From: Candidatus Eiseniibacteriota bacterium
Lineage (GTDB): Bacteria; Eisenbacteria; RBG-16-71-46
NCBI GenBank assembly: GCA_041498315.1
Contig: JBGQIE010000001.1
Coordinates: forward strand, 5,536-69,535
Direction of reading: 5' to 3'
DNA length: 64,000 nucleotides
How positions within the stretch are numbered: the first letter of the stretch is position 1; the number at the start of each line of letters is the position of its first letter. A model generated the notes under the pieces. That model was not told where the DNA came from and made no database searches. It saw only the letters and a list, made by a program, of their open reading frames with translations. Positions 40,236 to 49,874 of this stretch are shown here, piece by piece. A program made the position numbers and the translations under genes.

Positions 40236-41150
40236 CGCCAGCGCCGCTTCGAGCCGCTCGCCCGGGCCCGCGGTGCCGCTGTCGAGGCGCGCGATCATCT
40301 CGGGTTCGATCTGGTGGCGGAACCAGGTGCGCTGGCGCTTGGCGAGCTGGCGGGTGCGCAGGCTGACGCGTGATTCCGCCGCGGCCCGCGACAGGCGGCC
40401 GTCGATGAGCGCGAGGGCCTCGTCGTAGCCCACCGCGCGCAGGTGCTCGAGCGGGGCGCCCAGGCCGGCGTCGATCAGGCCGCGCGTCTCCTCGGCGAGG
40501 CCGGCGTCGAACATCCAGCGCGTGCGCCGCTCGATGCGCGCGGCGAGCTCGCGCGGCGGGCAGGTGAGCTCGAGGACGCGCCACTCCCCTGCCACCGCAC
40601 CCTCGCGTCCCGCCGCGTGCCAGGCCGAGAGCGGCCGGCCGCTCGACTCGCCGACCTCGAGCGCGCGCAGGACGCGCTGGGCGTCGCGCGCCTCGAGCCG
40701 CGCCGCGGTCACCGGATCGAGGGCGGCCAGCCGCCGGTGGAGCGCCTCGGGGCCCGCGGCCGCCAGCTCCGCGCGCAGGCGCGCGCGCACGGCGGGATCG
40801 TGCGGGGGCTGGGGGGCGAGCCCGCGCATGGCGGCGTCGAGGTAGAGCCCCGAGCCGCCCACCAGCACCGGGATGCGGCCACGCGCGTGGATCGCGGCGC
40901 AGGTGGTTCGCGCCGCCCCCGCGTACCAGCCCGCGGAGGCGCGCTCGCCGAGGCCGAGCGCGTCGAAGAGGTGGTGCGTGCGCGCAGCCCGATCGGCGCG
41001 CGAGGGCTTGCCGGTTCCGATCTCGAGCTCGCGGAACACCTGGCGCGAATCGGCGCACACGACCTCACCGCCCAGGGCCTCGGCGATCGCCTCGCCGAGA
41101 TCCGACTTGCCGGTGGCCGTCGCCCCCACGATCGCGACGACCCGCGGCAT
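40224..41150 (-). CDS. miaA: tRNA dimethylallyltransferase
   Basis: VAIVGATATGKS P-loop and IPVLVGGSGLY motif. It overlaps the fhs 3' end convergently by 12 nt. Confidence 0.9.
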   Translation of the reverse strand: MPRVVAIVGATATGKSDLGEAIAEALGGEVVCADSRQVFRELEIGTGKPSRADRAARTHHLFDALGLGERASAGWYAGAARTTCAAIHARGRIPVLVGGSGLYLDAAMRGLAPQPPHDPAVRARLRAELAAAGPEALHRRLAALDPVTAARLEARDAQRVLRALEVGESSGRPLSAWHAAGREGAVAGEWRVLELTCPPRELAARIERRTRWMFDAGLAEETRGLIDAGLGAPLEHLRAVGYDEALALIDGRLSRAAAESRVSLRTRQLAKRQRTWFRHQIEPEMIARLDSGTAGPGERLEAALALLR

Positions 41151-41163
41151 TCTCAGACGGAGC

Positions 41164-42948
41164 CTAGGCGCGGCCAAACCGCCGGTGGAGCTCATCGAGC
41201 TCGAGCCGCACGAAGGTCACCCGGCCGTGCGGATCGCCGTGCGGGCGCGAAGTCGCGAACAGCCGGTCGACCAGGGCGCGCATCTCGGTCTGGGTCAGCG
41301 CGTCGCCCGCCTTGATCGCCGCGTGGCAGGCGAACGAGCGCGCCAGGTGCTCGGCGAGGTCCTCGTGGGCGCCGCGCCCGGTGGACTCGCTGACGCCGTC
41401 GAGCAGGTCCTGGAGGAGCTGGCCGGGCCGCTCGGCCTTGAGGCCTCCGGGCGCACCCTGGATGACGACTGTGGGCGGCCCGAGCGGGCGCAGGTCCCAG
41501 CCGAGCTGCTTGAGCCACGGCCCCAGCTCGAGCAGCAGCTCGAACTGGTCGCGCGACAGGTCCACGAGCGCGGGGAACATGAGCTGCTGCGAGACGCCGG
41601 GCGCGCCATGGAAGCGTCCCATCGCCTCCTCGAACAGGATGCGCTCGTGGGCGGCGTGCTGATCGAGGATGACGAGCCCGCCCCGCACCGGCGCGAGAAT
41701 GTAGGTGCGGTGGAGCTGCCACAGATCGGGCTCGGACTCGGCCCCCGGCGCGGGCCCGGCGGCGGCCGGCGCCGAACCCGCCGCGGCGGGCGCGGGTGTG
41801 CCCGGCCGCGTGGCGCCGGACGCCCAGCCCGGCCGTTCGACTTCGAGCCCCAGCGAGGTCTGGCCGGGCTTCTCGCGCACCCGGTCGGCCCAGCGCGGCT
41901 CGGGACTCTCCGGGGTTCCGCCCCGCACCACCGTGAACGGGGGCTGGAGCCGCGCGAGCGGCACGGCGCACGCGCCGGCGACCAGCCCGAACACGCTGTT
42001 CTCGTCGGCGAAGCGCACCTCGCGCTTGGTGGGGTGCACGTTGACGTCGAGCCGCGCGGGCGGGACCTCGAGCCACAAGGTCGCGGCGGGAAAGCGCCCG
42101 GCCGGAAGCAGGTTGCCGTAGGCCTGGCGCAACGCCGCGCCCATGAGCGGGCTCTGGATCCAGCGCCGGTTGACGAGGAACACCTGGCCCTCGCGGGTCG
42201 CGCGCGCGTGCTCGGGGAGCCCGAGCAGCCCCTCGAGCACGAGCCCGTCGCGCTCGCCGCGCGCCTCGAGCAGCTGTTCCGCGTGTCGCGCGCCCCACAG
42301 CGCGGCGGCGCGCTCGCGCACGCTCGCGGCCGCCGGCCAGTCGAAGCGCTCGCGCCCGTCGACCAGCAAGCGCAAGCCGACCCCGGGACAGGCGAGGGCG
42401 TAGGCCTCGAGCATGCGGATCGCGGCCCGCAGCTCGCCGGCGGGCGCGATCATGAACTTGCGGCGCGCCGGGGTGTTGAAGAACAGGTCTGTGACCTCGA
42501 CGGTCGTGCCCGGCGCCCGGGCCGCGGTGCCGCGCTCGCCCGGCGCGCCGCCCTCGACCGCCAGCGTCACCGCGGACTCGGCCCCCGCGGGCCGGCTGGT
42601 GAGGCGCAGCCGGCTCACCGCCGCGATGCTGGGCAGGGCCTCGCCGCGGAATCCGAGGCTCCTGAGCCGGTCGAGGTCCTCGAGCGATTCGATCTTGCTG
42701 GTGGCGTGGCGCTCGAGCGCCAGCTCGAGCTCGCCGGGCGCGATGCCGCGCCCGTCGTCGGCGACCTGGAAGCCGTGGTCGAGCGAGCGGTCGACGCGCA
42801 CCTCGACGCTGCGCGCGCCGGCATCCAGCGCGTTCTCGAGCACCTCCTTGAGGGCCGAGAGCGGTCGCTCGATCACCTCGCCGGCGGCGATGCGGGCTGC
42901 GGTCGCGGGCGGAAGCCGTCGAATGGGGTGACTCGGTGGGTGGTCCAT
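41164..42948 (-). CDS. mutL: DNA mismatch repair endonuclease MutL
   Basis: PIRRL...AAGEVIERP...ENALDAG GHKL ATPase N-terminus, and a C-terminal dimerisation domain. Confidence 0.9.
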   Translation of the reverse strand: MDHPPSHPIRRLPPATAARIAAGEVIERPLSALKEVLENALDAGARSVEVRVDRSLDHGFQVADDGRGIAPGELELALERHATSKIESLEDLDRLRSLGFRGEALPSIAAVSRLRLTSRPAGAESAVTLAVEGGAPGERGTAARAPGTTVEVTDLFFNTPARRKFMIAPAGELRAAIRMLEAYALACPGVGLRLLVDGRERFDWPAAASVRERAAALWGARHAEQLLEARGERDGLVLEGLLGLPEHARATREGQVFLVNRRWIQSPLMGAALRQAYGNLLPAGRFPAATLWLEVPPARLDVNVHPTKREVRFADENSVFGLVAGACAVPLARLQPPFTVVRGGTPESPEPRWADRVREKPGQTSLGLEVERPGWASGATRPGTPAPAAAGSAPAAAGPAPGAESEPDLWQLHRTYILAPVRGGLVILDQHAAHERILFEEAMGRFHGAPGVSQQLMFPALVDLSRDQFELLLELGPWLKQLGWDLRPLGPPTVVIQGAPGGLKAERPGQLLQDLLDGVSESTGRGAHEDLAEHLARSFACHAAIKAGDALTQTEMRALVDRLFATSRPHGDPHGRVTFVRLELDELHRRFGRA

Positions 42949-43065
42949 CGCGGGGGCGCAGCATGACACGGCGGCGCGCGCCGCGGCAAGGCGCGCGCGC
43001 GCGCAGGCGATGGAACCGGTGCGGCCGGCGGTGGAGAAGTGTGGAGAAGCGGTGGCGGGCGCCGC

Positions 43066-44403
43066 TCAGGCGCCGCCGAGCCACTCGTTCGCGCGGCCGA
43101 GGAAGCTCTCGCTATCGTCGGGCCCGCCGAGCAGGACTTCTTCCTCGGCGGGGGGCGGAACGGGATCGGGCTGGCCGGACTCCCGCCACGCGTGCTCGAA
43201 CAGCGACAGCAGCCGGGTGCGGAGCACGCTGTAGGAGCCGGGCGCGTGCGGCGTCAGGAGCAACACCTCGAAGAAACCGGGGCGGCAGATGCAGTCGGTG
43301 TCGCGGAGCTGCTCGGGCAGCGTATGGCAGAACTGCTCGACCGGCTCCTGGACCTCGCTGAACACGAAGCGGTGGATCGCGAAGCGCAGCCCGTCGCGCC
43401 GGTTGCGGTTGACAGCCAGCTCGATGCGCTGGCGGAACTCGTCGCGGTCGAGCCAGCCGGGCTGGCGCTCGGGCACGAGCGGGAACGAGTGCTCGGCCTG
43501 CTCCCGGTCGTGGTGGTCCCAGGTCGAGCGCAGCTCCTCGACCGTCTTCTCCCACATGGTCCAGCCCTCGGCCGGGTCGATCGCGGCCGCGGCGAGCACG
43601 CCCTGGCGCTGACCGGTCTTGAACGGCCACGCCCCCCACGCCTTGCCCTCGTCGGGCCCGGACAGGCGCCGGACGACCTGCGCCTCGTCGGACTTGAGCG
43701 CGAGATCGACGAGCCCCTTCATGAGCTCGTCCGTGGCGCCGACCTGGGCGACGACCTGGACCTCGCCGGTGCGCCCGGCGTAGAGCTCGGCCGCGGTCGC
43801 ACCGGTGTCGGACATCAGTCCGGAGAGGGCCTGCTCGAGCCCGCGGCGGTCTTCGGGCGAGGGGAAATCCTCGAGATTCTTGACCAGCGGGTGCGCGGCC
43901 TTCACGCGCGCGCCATCGGGCTTGGGCGGCGCCACCGCGGCGTCCTGGGTGAGGTCGGGCAGGGCCTGATCGACGATGTCGTCCATGTCCCCGCCGCCGA
44001 GCGCGCTCTCGAGCGCCGCGGCGTGCACGACCATGGGCGCCTCGATCGCGGGCAGTCCGTCCTCGGCGCTCTCGTGGCCATTCAGGAACGACTCGGGCGT
44101 GGCGCACGGCGTGCCGAGCACGCGCAGCAGGCCTTCGACCTGGGTGCGGCGCGCGCTGCGCTCGCTCACCAGCGCCAGGTCGAAGATCTCCCGGGTCAGG
44201 TCGCCGAGGTCCACGGTGCGCGGCAGGCCGCACAGCTCGGCCACGCGCAGGCCCGGATCGTCGCTCTTGGACCCCGCGACCAGGCGGATCGAGAGCTCGG
44301 GGCGCTTGCACAGGACGGGAAGCAGGTCGGCGTCCTGCCAATCGAAATCGATCAGCACGACTCGGCGTGCGGCGCCCGGCTGGACGGCGGAGGGAGCGGT
44401 CAT
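43066..44403 (-). CDS. hypothetical signalling protein with a degenerate GGDEF domain (RPGFF replaces GG[DE]EF), a GAF-like middle region and an unknown N-terminal domain
   Basis: The C-terminal WLDRDEFRQRIELAVNRNRRDGLRFAIHRFVFS...CICRPGFFEVLLLTP aligns to the GGDEF fold but lacks the GG(D/E)EF catalytic residues. Confidence 0.6.
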   Translation of the reverse strand: MTAPSAVQPGAARRVVLIDFDWQDADLLPVLCKRPELSIRLVAGSKSDDPGLRVAELCGLPRTVDLGDLTREIFDLALVSERSARRTQVEGLLRVLGTPCATPESFLNGHESAEDGLPAIEAPMVVHAAALESALGGGDMDDIVDQALPDLTQDAAVAPPKPDGARVKAAHPLVKNLEDFPSPEDRRGLEQALSGLMSDTGATAAELYAGRTGEVQVVAQVGATDELMKGLVDLALKSDEAQVVRRLSGPDEGKAWGAWPFKTGQRQGVLAAAAIDPAEGWTMWEKTVEELRSTWDHHDREQAEHSFPLVPERQPGWLDRDEFRQRIELAVNRNRRDGLRFAIHRFVFSEVQEPVEQFCHTLPEQLRDTDCICRPGFFEVLLLTPHAPGSYSVLRTRLLSLFEHAWRESGQPDPVPPPAEEEVLLGGPDDSESFLGRANEWLGGA

Positions 44404-44544
44404 GGTGGCAGTAGGATCCTGTCCCTTAAGGAACGCATGGAGCATACCATCGGCCGAAATGCGCTTTGGCTGACGAATCCGGGTAATTTGCGCCAGCCGC
44501 CCACGCCCCGGCCGGGCAATCTGCAGCCCCGCGCCGGTGTGATT

Positions 44545-44555
44545 TGCAAATTGCA
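44545..44555. promoter_or_regulatory. AT-rich palindrome TGCAA-A-TTGCA (adjacent GCATGC) in the promoter region of the degenerate-GGDEF gene
   Basis: Perfect 5-bp arms with a 1-nt spacer, in the lowest-GC segment of the window, 140 nt upstream of the minus-strand ATG. Confidence 0.3.
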
Positions 44556-44594
44556 TGCGGCGGGCGAGAACCGCGGAGCCGGCCGGAGCGCCGG

Positions 44595-47579
44595 CTATTG
44601 CGGGGTATCGTCGGGGATGGGCGGCAGGTCCACCATCTTGAGATCGGGATCGAGGATGCGGACCGGGAAGCGCCGCTTGAGTCCGTCGAAGTAGCTCTCG
44701 AGCTGGCGCGCTTCGGTGCGCCGGCGCTCGTCCTCGAGCCGCGCGGCGAGCTGCGCGGGATTCGGCTCGGCGCGCTCGCGGACGCGCAGGCGCACCAGGC
44801 CGGCCGGGAACACGATCCAGTCGCTGGCCTCGCCGATCTTGAGCCGCGCCGGCACCCGGGTCCCGAACACCAGCGTGTCGAGATCGCGCGCCCCCAGATA
44901 GGGAAGCTTGGTCGCGAGGCCGGCGTCCTCGACGTGCTCGAAGCCTCCCCACAGCGTCGCCAGGCTGTCGAACGACCAGCCGGCCGCCGTCATCGAATCG
45001 AGCTCGGCGCGCTTGGCCTCGACCGCGCGCGCCGAGGCGCCGCGCCGGTAGCGATCGAGCGCCGGCGCGTGCGCCGCATCCCAGGCCGGGGGCAGCGGGG
45101 CGGTGATGCTGTCCACCCAGCTGATCATGTATCCCGTGCCCTTTTCGTAGTAGATCCCGGGGTAGAGCTCGCCGGGCTTGAGCGCCTCGAGCTTGCGCGC
45201 GTAGGTCTCGAACACCTTGTCCCCGCCGGTGTCCTCGCCGATGGCGCGCGCGTAGGGCTGGATCAGAAACGACTGCCGGGCGGACGCGGCGCGGGCCTGG
45301 GCGGGGGTGCGGGTGACGCGATAGAGACTGTCGGCGCGACGCGCGGCGACGCTGTCGGCCTTCTCCATCGCGAGGTCGGAGCTCACGTTCGAGTAGCACA
45401 GCACGAGCGGCTGGACGAACGCCGGCAGGTACTCGTGGCAGCGGATGATGTGGTAGCCGACTTCGGACTTGACCAGGCCGCTCACCTCGCCGGGGCGGAG
45501 CCCGAAGGCGGCGCGCTCGAACTCGGGGAGCATGGTCCCGCGGCCGAAATCGCCGAGATCGCCCCCCTGGTCCCGGGTCGCGAGGTCGTCGCTGTACTCG
45601 CGGGCGAGCCGCGCGAAGTTCTCGCCCTTGCGGACGCGCTCGAGCAGGCTGTCGGCACGCGCGCGGGCGCGCGCGTCCGCCTCCGGGCTCCCGTCCACCG
45701 GGCTCACGAGAATGTGGCTCGCGTGGACCTGCTCGGGCGCCGCGTAGCGCTCGAGGTGGCGGCGCTGGTACTCCTCGACCTCGCGGTGGGTCATGGTCAT
45801 CGTCATGAAATCGGGAATCTCGACGATCAGGCTGGTCCAATGGAGTGTCTTCCCGACCGCGAACTGCGCCGGATCCCGATCGTAGAGGGCGCGCGCGCCC
45901 TGCTCGTCCGCCTGCTGCTGCCGGGCGGCGAGCCAGGCGATCAGCGCCGGGCGGGCCTGCTCGAAGGTCGGCGTGAAATGGGGCACCTGCGCGTAGACAT
46001 CGAACACGACCATGCCGTCCGCGAGGCGCGCGCTGCCCACGCCCAGGGCGCCCGCGCGCGCCACCAGCGAGTCGGTCAGAAGCGCCCCCGCCGCACCCGA
46101 GTCGACGGGCGCGCCGAGCGGCACGGGGCCCACCTCGCGCACCGCGGCCCCGGTGGCGGCCCGCTCGGCCTTCGGGTCACGCTGCCCGCGCGTCCACAGG
46201 TCGGTGATCCGATCGGCCTGTGCGCGCACGATTTCGGCGCGGCGCTCGCTGATCCAGCGCACGCGGACGTTGTCGCGCACCTCGGCGAACGGCTGCGACT
46301 CGACCACTCCGGTCCGGCTGTTGAAGCTCGAGTAGTCCGCGAGGTGTCCGCGGTAGTAGCGGTCGAGGTCGGCGGCCGTGGGCTCCCCGGGCGCGGCGGT
46401 GGCGGTGTCGAGCATCACGTAGCGCACCCGGTAGGCGGTGCCGCGCAGGCTGTCGAGGCGCACCGGGTAGAGCGCGCGCAGCTGACGCTCTTGAGTATGA
46501 TCGCGCCGCTCCTGGCGAAGCCGGGCGCGGATCTCGCGGGCGGCTTCGATGAGCTTCGCGGGATGGGCGCGCGTGACCTCGTCCACGCGCACGATGAGCC
46601 AGCCCGGATTCGAGGGCACCAGCCTGGGCAGCACGGTGCCCGGGCGCTGGTCGAACACGGCTCTGGCCTGCGCGTCGTCCCCGTGCCAGTACGGAGGAAC
46701 GTTGCCGGGCAGGATCACGACGCCGGTCTTGAGCCCGCCGAAGAGCTTGCCGGCGTCCTCGAGCCGGGCGCCCCCCTGGACGGCCTGGAGCAGGCTGTCG
46801 GCGCGCTGGCGGATGCCCTGCTCCCAGGCCTGCAGCCGCTGCGGCGTGCGCGCCACGTCCCCGCCCAGCTCCTGCTGCACCCACAGGATGGTGACCACCG
46901 CCCGATCGGGACGGGTGAACTCGGCGGCATGATCGTGGTAGTAGGCGAGGATGTCGGCCTCGCGCGGCTCGGCGATGGTTCCCGAGAATTCGAGCCGCCG
47001 CAGCGCCAGGTAGTCGAACGAGGCGCGCTCGAGCCCCCGCATCGCCCGGGCGCGGACCGCGCGCTCGTCGATCTTGCCGGGCCCGGCTACGCGCTCGGTG
47101 AGCTTGCGCGTCGTGATGCCGAGTTTCGCCTGCTCGAGCGCGTTGCGGAACTGGAGCGGGCTGCCGTTCTTGATCGAGAGATACTTGGCCTCGTTGAACA
47201 CCCCGCCCTCGAGGAAGAACGGGTCCTTGCGCACCACCGCCTCGGCCTCGGCGTCGGTGGCGGTGATACCCTGGCGCCTGGCCTCGAGCACGAGCAGGTC
47301 GCGCCGGATGAGCCGCTCCAGCATCTGGCGCTTGACCGTGGGGCGCAGCTCGGCGGGCACCTCGGTGCCGGAGCGGCTGCGGTAGTCGGCCAGCGCCTGG
47401 GTCGTGTGCTGGTCGACCTCGGCCGCCGAGATGCTCATCGCGCCCACGGTGGCCGCGGCGTCGGCCGCCGGACGTGGCGCGGGCCCCACTGCGGGGCGTG
47501 CGGCCGAGAGCACGACCGGCACCGCCAGGGCGGCGAGCACCAGCGCGCGGAGTGAAGCGCGCCCCGCCCGGCTCGGCAT
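44595..47579 (-). CDS. large periplasmic peptidyl-prolyl isomerase/chaperone (SurA/PpiD-like with parvulin domains), ~994 aa
   Basis: Signal peptide, parvulin motifs ASHILV and EVGYHIIRC, and SurA-N-like helical regions. Confidence 0.75.
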   Translation of the reverse strand: MPSRAGRASLRALVLAALAVPVVLSAARPAVGPAPRPAADAAATVGAMSISAAEVDQHTTQALADYRSRSGTEVPAELRPTVKRQMLERLIRRDLLVLEARRQGITATDAEAEAVVRKDPFFLEGGVFNEAKYLSIKNGSPLQFRNALEQAKLGITTRKLTERVAGPGKIDERAVRARAMRGLERASFDYLALRRLEFSGTIAEPREADILAYYHDHAAEFTRPDRAVVTILWVQQELGGDVARTPQRLQAWEQGIRQRADSLLQAVQGGARLEDAGKLFGGLKTGVVILPGNVPPYWHGDDAQARAVFDQRPGTVLPRLVPSNPGWLIVRVDEVTRAHPAKLIEAAREIRARLRQERRDHTQERQLRALYPVRLDSLRGTAYRVRYVMLDTATAAPGEPTAADLDRYYRGHLADYSSFNSRTGVVESQPFAEVRDNVRVRWISERRAEIVRAQADRITDLWTRGQRDPKAERAATGAAVREVGPVPLGAPVDSGAAGALLTDSLVARAGALGVGSARLADGMVVFDVYAQVPHFTPTFEQARPALIAWLAARQQQADEQGARALYDRDPAQFAVGKTLHWTSLIVEIPDFMTMTMTHREVEEYQRRHLERYAAPEQVHASHILVSPVDGSPEADARARARADSLLERVRKGENFARLAREYSDDLATRDQGGDLGDFGRGTMLPEFERAAFGLRPGEVSGLVKSEVGYHIIRCHEYLPAFVQPLVLCYSNVSSDLAMEKADSVAARRADSLYRVTRTPAQARAASARQSFLIQPYARAIGEDTGGDKVFETYARKLEALKPGELYPGIYYEKGTGYMISWVDSITAPLPPAWDAAHAPALDRYRRGASARAVEAKRAELDSMTAAGWSFDSLATLWGGFEHVEDAGLATKLPYLGARDLDTLVFGTRVPARLKIGEASDWIVFPAGLVRLRVRERAEPNPAQLAARLEDERRRTEARQLESYFDGLKRRFPVRILDPDLKMVDLPPIPDDTPQ

Positions 47580-47637
47580 CGAAACCCGGTCCCGTTGCCC
47601 GCGGTGGGCTTGACCGTCGACCCCGCGATTCACTAGC

Positions 47638-48393
47638 GTGCCGCCTCCCATGTGGACCTGCGAGCCCCAAGCTCCGCTGCCGCTGTGGCGGCCCGTCGGA
47701 GTCACCGGCGCCATCCTGGCGTTCACGACCCGCCTCGGCGGCGTGAGCGCGCCACCCTACGACACTTTGAACCTCGGCCGCTCGACCTCCGACCGCCCGG
47801 AGGCGGTCGCCGAGAATCGCCGCCGGCTCCTGGCGGCGCTCGAGCTCGACCAGCTCGCGACCGCGGGCCAGGTGCACGGGACGGCCGTGGCGTTCGCCGA
47901 TGGCCCCGGCCACCACGACGGCTGCGACGTGCTCCTCTCCCGTACCCCCGGCCTCGCCCTCGCGGTGACGAGCGCCGACTGCATGCCCATCCTGCTGACC
48001 GCGCCGGGCGCGGTCGCCGCCGCCCATGCGGGCTGGCGTGGAACCGCGGCCGGCGCGCCGCGCGCCGCGCTGCGCGCGTTGCTCGAGGCGACCGGAGCCG
48101 CGCCCGATCGCGTCGCGGCGCACATCGGGCCCTGCATCCGCCGCTGCTGCTATGACGTGGGTCCCGAGGTCGCGGACCGCTTTCCCGCGGCGGCCGTCGT
48201 GCGCGTCGGCGGCGCCTGGCGGCTCGATCTGCCCACCGCGGCGCGGCTTCAGCTGGTCGCCGAGGGATTGCCCGCCGAGCGCATCGCCGACACTGGCGCC
48301 TGCACGGCCTGTGAACCCAGCCTGTACTACTCGCACCGCCGCGACGCCGGCCTCACCGGGCGACACTGGGGCATCGCTGCCTTGCGCCCCTGA
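47638..48393 (+). CDS. pgeF: peptidoglycan editing factor PgeF (YfiH/laccase-domain family)
   Basis: AHAGWRGTAAG, conserved His/Cys, and C-terminal LYYSHRRD pattern. Confidence 0.8.
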   Translation: MPPPMWTCEPQAPLPLWRPVGVTGAILAFTTRLGGVSAPPYDTLNLGRSTSDRPEAVAENRRRLLAALELDQLATAGQVHGTAVAFADGPGHHDGCDVLLSRTPGLALAVTSADCMPILLTAPGAVAAAHAGWRGTAAGAPRAALRALLEATGAAPDRVAAHIGPCIRRCCYDVGPEVADRFPAAAVVRVGGAWRLDLPTAARLQLVAEGLPAERIADTGACTACEPSLYYSHRRDAGLTGRHWGIAALRP

Positions 48394-48580
48394 GCCCACT
48401 CTGGCATCGCTACGGCAAAGCGAGGGCGGAGTATAGCAAAGCCGGCCGGCGGTGAAGCAGGCGCCGCGCCCGATGGCGCGCGACTTTGCAAGCTGTGAAC
48501 TTGCCCGGGCACGGAGCGGGGACTAAACTCCCGGGCCCGTGCGTGGGCGTATCGCCCGCGCCGCTTCAAGGAGGACACGG

Positions 48581-49384
48581 ATGCATCGAACGATGGTGGC
48601 CGCGCTGGCCCTGCTGGGCCTCACGGCTGCATGTGCCGGCGCCGCACTCGCTGCGGATGCGGATTCCGCATCGAAGGCCACGTCACCGCCGGCGGCCGGA
48701 GCCATGAAGGCGGCCGCCCCTGCGGGCGCGGCTCACAAGGCCACGATGGGAGCCATGATGAAGCCCAAGACCGGACCGGAAGTCGTGGTGCTCGAGACCG
48801 TGCTGGGCGACATCGTCATCAAGCTCGCCGACACCGACGCGCCCAAGACCGCAGCCAATTTCCGCAAGCTCGTCGCGGAGAAGTTCTACGACGGGACCTG
48901 CTTTCATCGGGTGATCCCCGGCTTCATGATCCAGGGCGGTGATCCGAACTCGAAGAACGCCGACCCCAGCGACGACGGCACCGGCGGCCCGGGCTACACG
49001 GTCCCGGCCGAGATCAAGCTCAAGCACCTGCGCGGCTCGGTCGCCACGGCGCGTCAGAGCGATGTCGTGAACCCCAAGCGCGACTCGAGCGGCAGCCAGT
49101 TCTTCATCGACGTCGCGCCGCAACCTTCGCTCGACGCCGGCGGGTACACGGTGTTCGGCGAGGTCATCTCGGGCATGGAGACGGTGGACAAGATCGCGGC
49201 ACTCGCCAACGAGCCCGGGGTCGCGAGCGCGGGAGGCGGTGGCGCCAACCCGCAGAAGAAGGCGCTCATCAAGCGCGCCTATCTCGCCCCGCTCAGCAAT
49301 TACACGAAGCCGGCGTCCGCGACCACCACGACCAGGACCACGAGCATGACCACGACCACGACGGCGGACACGACCAAGAAGTAG
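48581..49384 (+). CDS. peptidylprolyl isomerase, cyclophilin type, lipoprotein with Thr-rich tail
   Basis: FHRVIPGFMIQGGDP cyclophilin signature, LAACAG lipobox, and an AGGAGG Shine-Dalgarno sequence before the ATG at 48581. Confidence 0.85.
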   Translation: MHRTMVAALALLGLTAACAGAALAADADSASKATSPPAAGAMKAAAPAGAAHKATMGAMMKPKTGPEVVVLETVLGDIVIKLADTDAPKTAANFRKLVAEKFYDGTCFHRVIPGFMIQGGDPNSKNADPSDDGTGGPGYTVPAEIKLKHLRGSVATARQSDVVNPKRDSSGSQFFIDVAPQPSLDAGGYTVFGEVISGMETVDKIAALANEPGVASAGGGGANPQKKALIKRAYLAPLSNYTKPASATTTTRTTSMTTTTTADTTKK

Positions 49385-49448
49385 TCCGGCAGACGTCATA
49401 CACGCGGCGCGGGCCACGGGCGACCGTGGCCCTTTCCGCATGCGTCCG

Positions 49449-49874
49449 TCAGTCCGGAAGCTCGAGCGGATTGAATCCCAGATCGGGCCGGCGCACGCGC
49501 CGGATGGGCGCATCCGCCAGAACGATCTGGATCTCGCAGGTGACCGTCACGACGGCGCGGAACAGGTGCCCACCCACCGCCGCGAAGTCGTCGCCGGCGA
49601 CGATGATGTGGCAGTGCGGGAACGGCTCGCCCTCGAGGTCGCTGAAATTGCCGGTGAGGGCCAGGATCTCGTGCTCCCCGGTCAGGGTGCGCCGGAGGTA
49701 GCTCGAGGTCGGGCGCACGAAGAAGCCCAGCTCGGTCTCCCCCACCGCGCCCAGTCCCGAGATGAGCCCGCCGCGCACGTTCGCGCGACGCGCGAAGGCC
49801 GCGAGCGCGGCCGCGATCTCCTCGCCCGGATCGAGCCGGAGCACGTAGCCGTACGACGTGCGCTGCGACTTCAT
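49449..49874 (-). CDS. PPC domain-containing protein (DUF296)
   Basis: YVLRLDPGEEI...HCHIIVAGDD pattern of the plants-and-prokaryotes-conserved domain. Confidence 0.6.
   Translation of the reverse strand: MKSQRTSYGYVLRLDPGEEIAAALAAFARRANVRGGLISGLGAVGETELGFFVRPTSSYLRRTLTGEHEILALTGNFSDLEGEPFPHCHIIVAGDDFAAVGGHLFRAVVTVTCEIQIVLADAPIRRVRRPDLGFNPLELPD

Noticed and set aside
48472-48490. sigma-54-like promoter TGGCGC-N5-TTTGCA upstream of the cyclophilin lipoprotein gene
   Set aside because: The GG-to-GC spacing is one nucleotide too long for the strict -24/-12 geometry. An RBS-proximal sigma-70-type arrangement is more likely.
48430-48575. long imperfect hairpin (GCACGG...CCGTGC with an inner GGGA/UCCC stem) between pgeF and the cyclophilin gene
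   Set aside because: It could simply be a pgeF terminator in a GC-rich genome. There is no T-tract and no recognisable ncRNA consensus.
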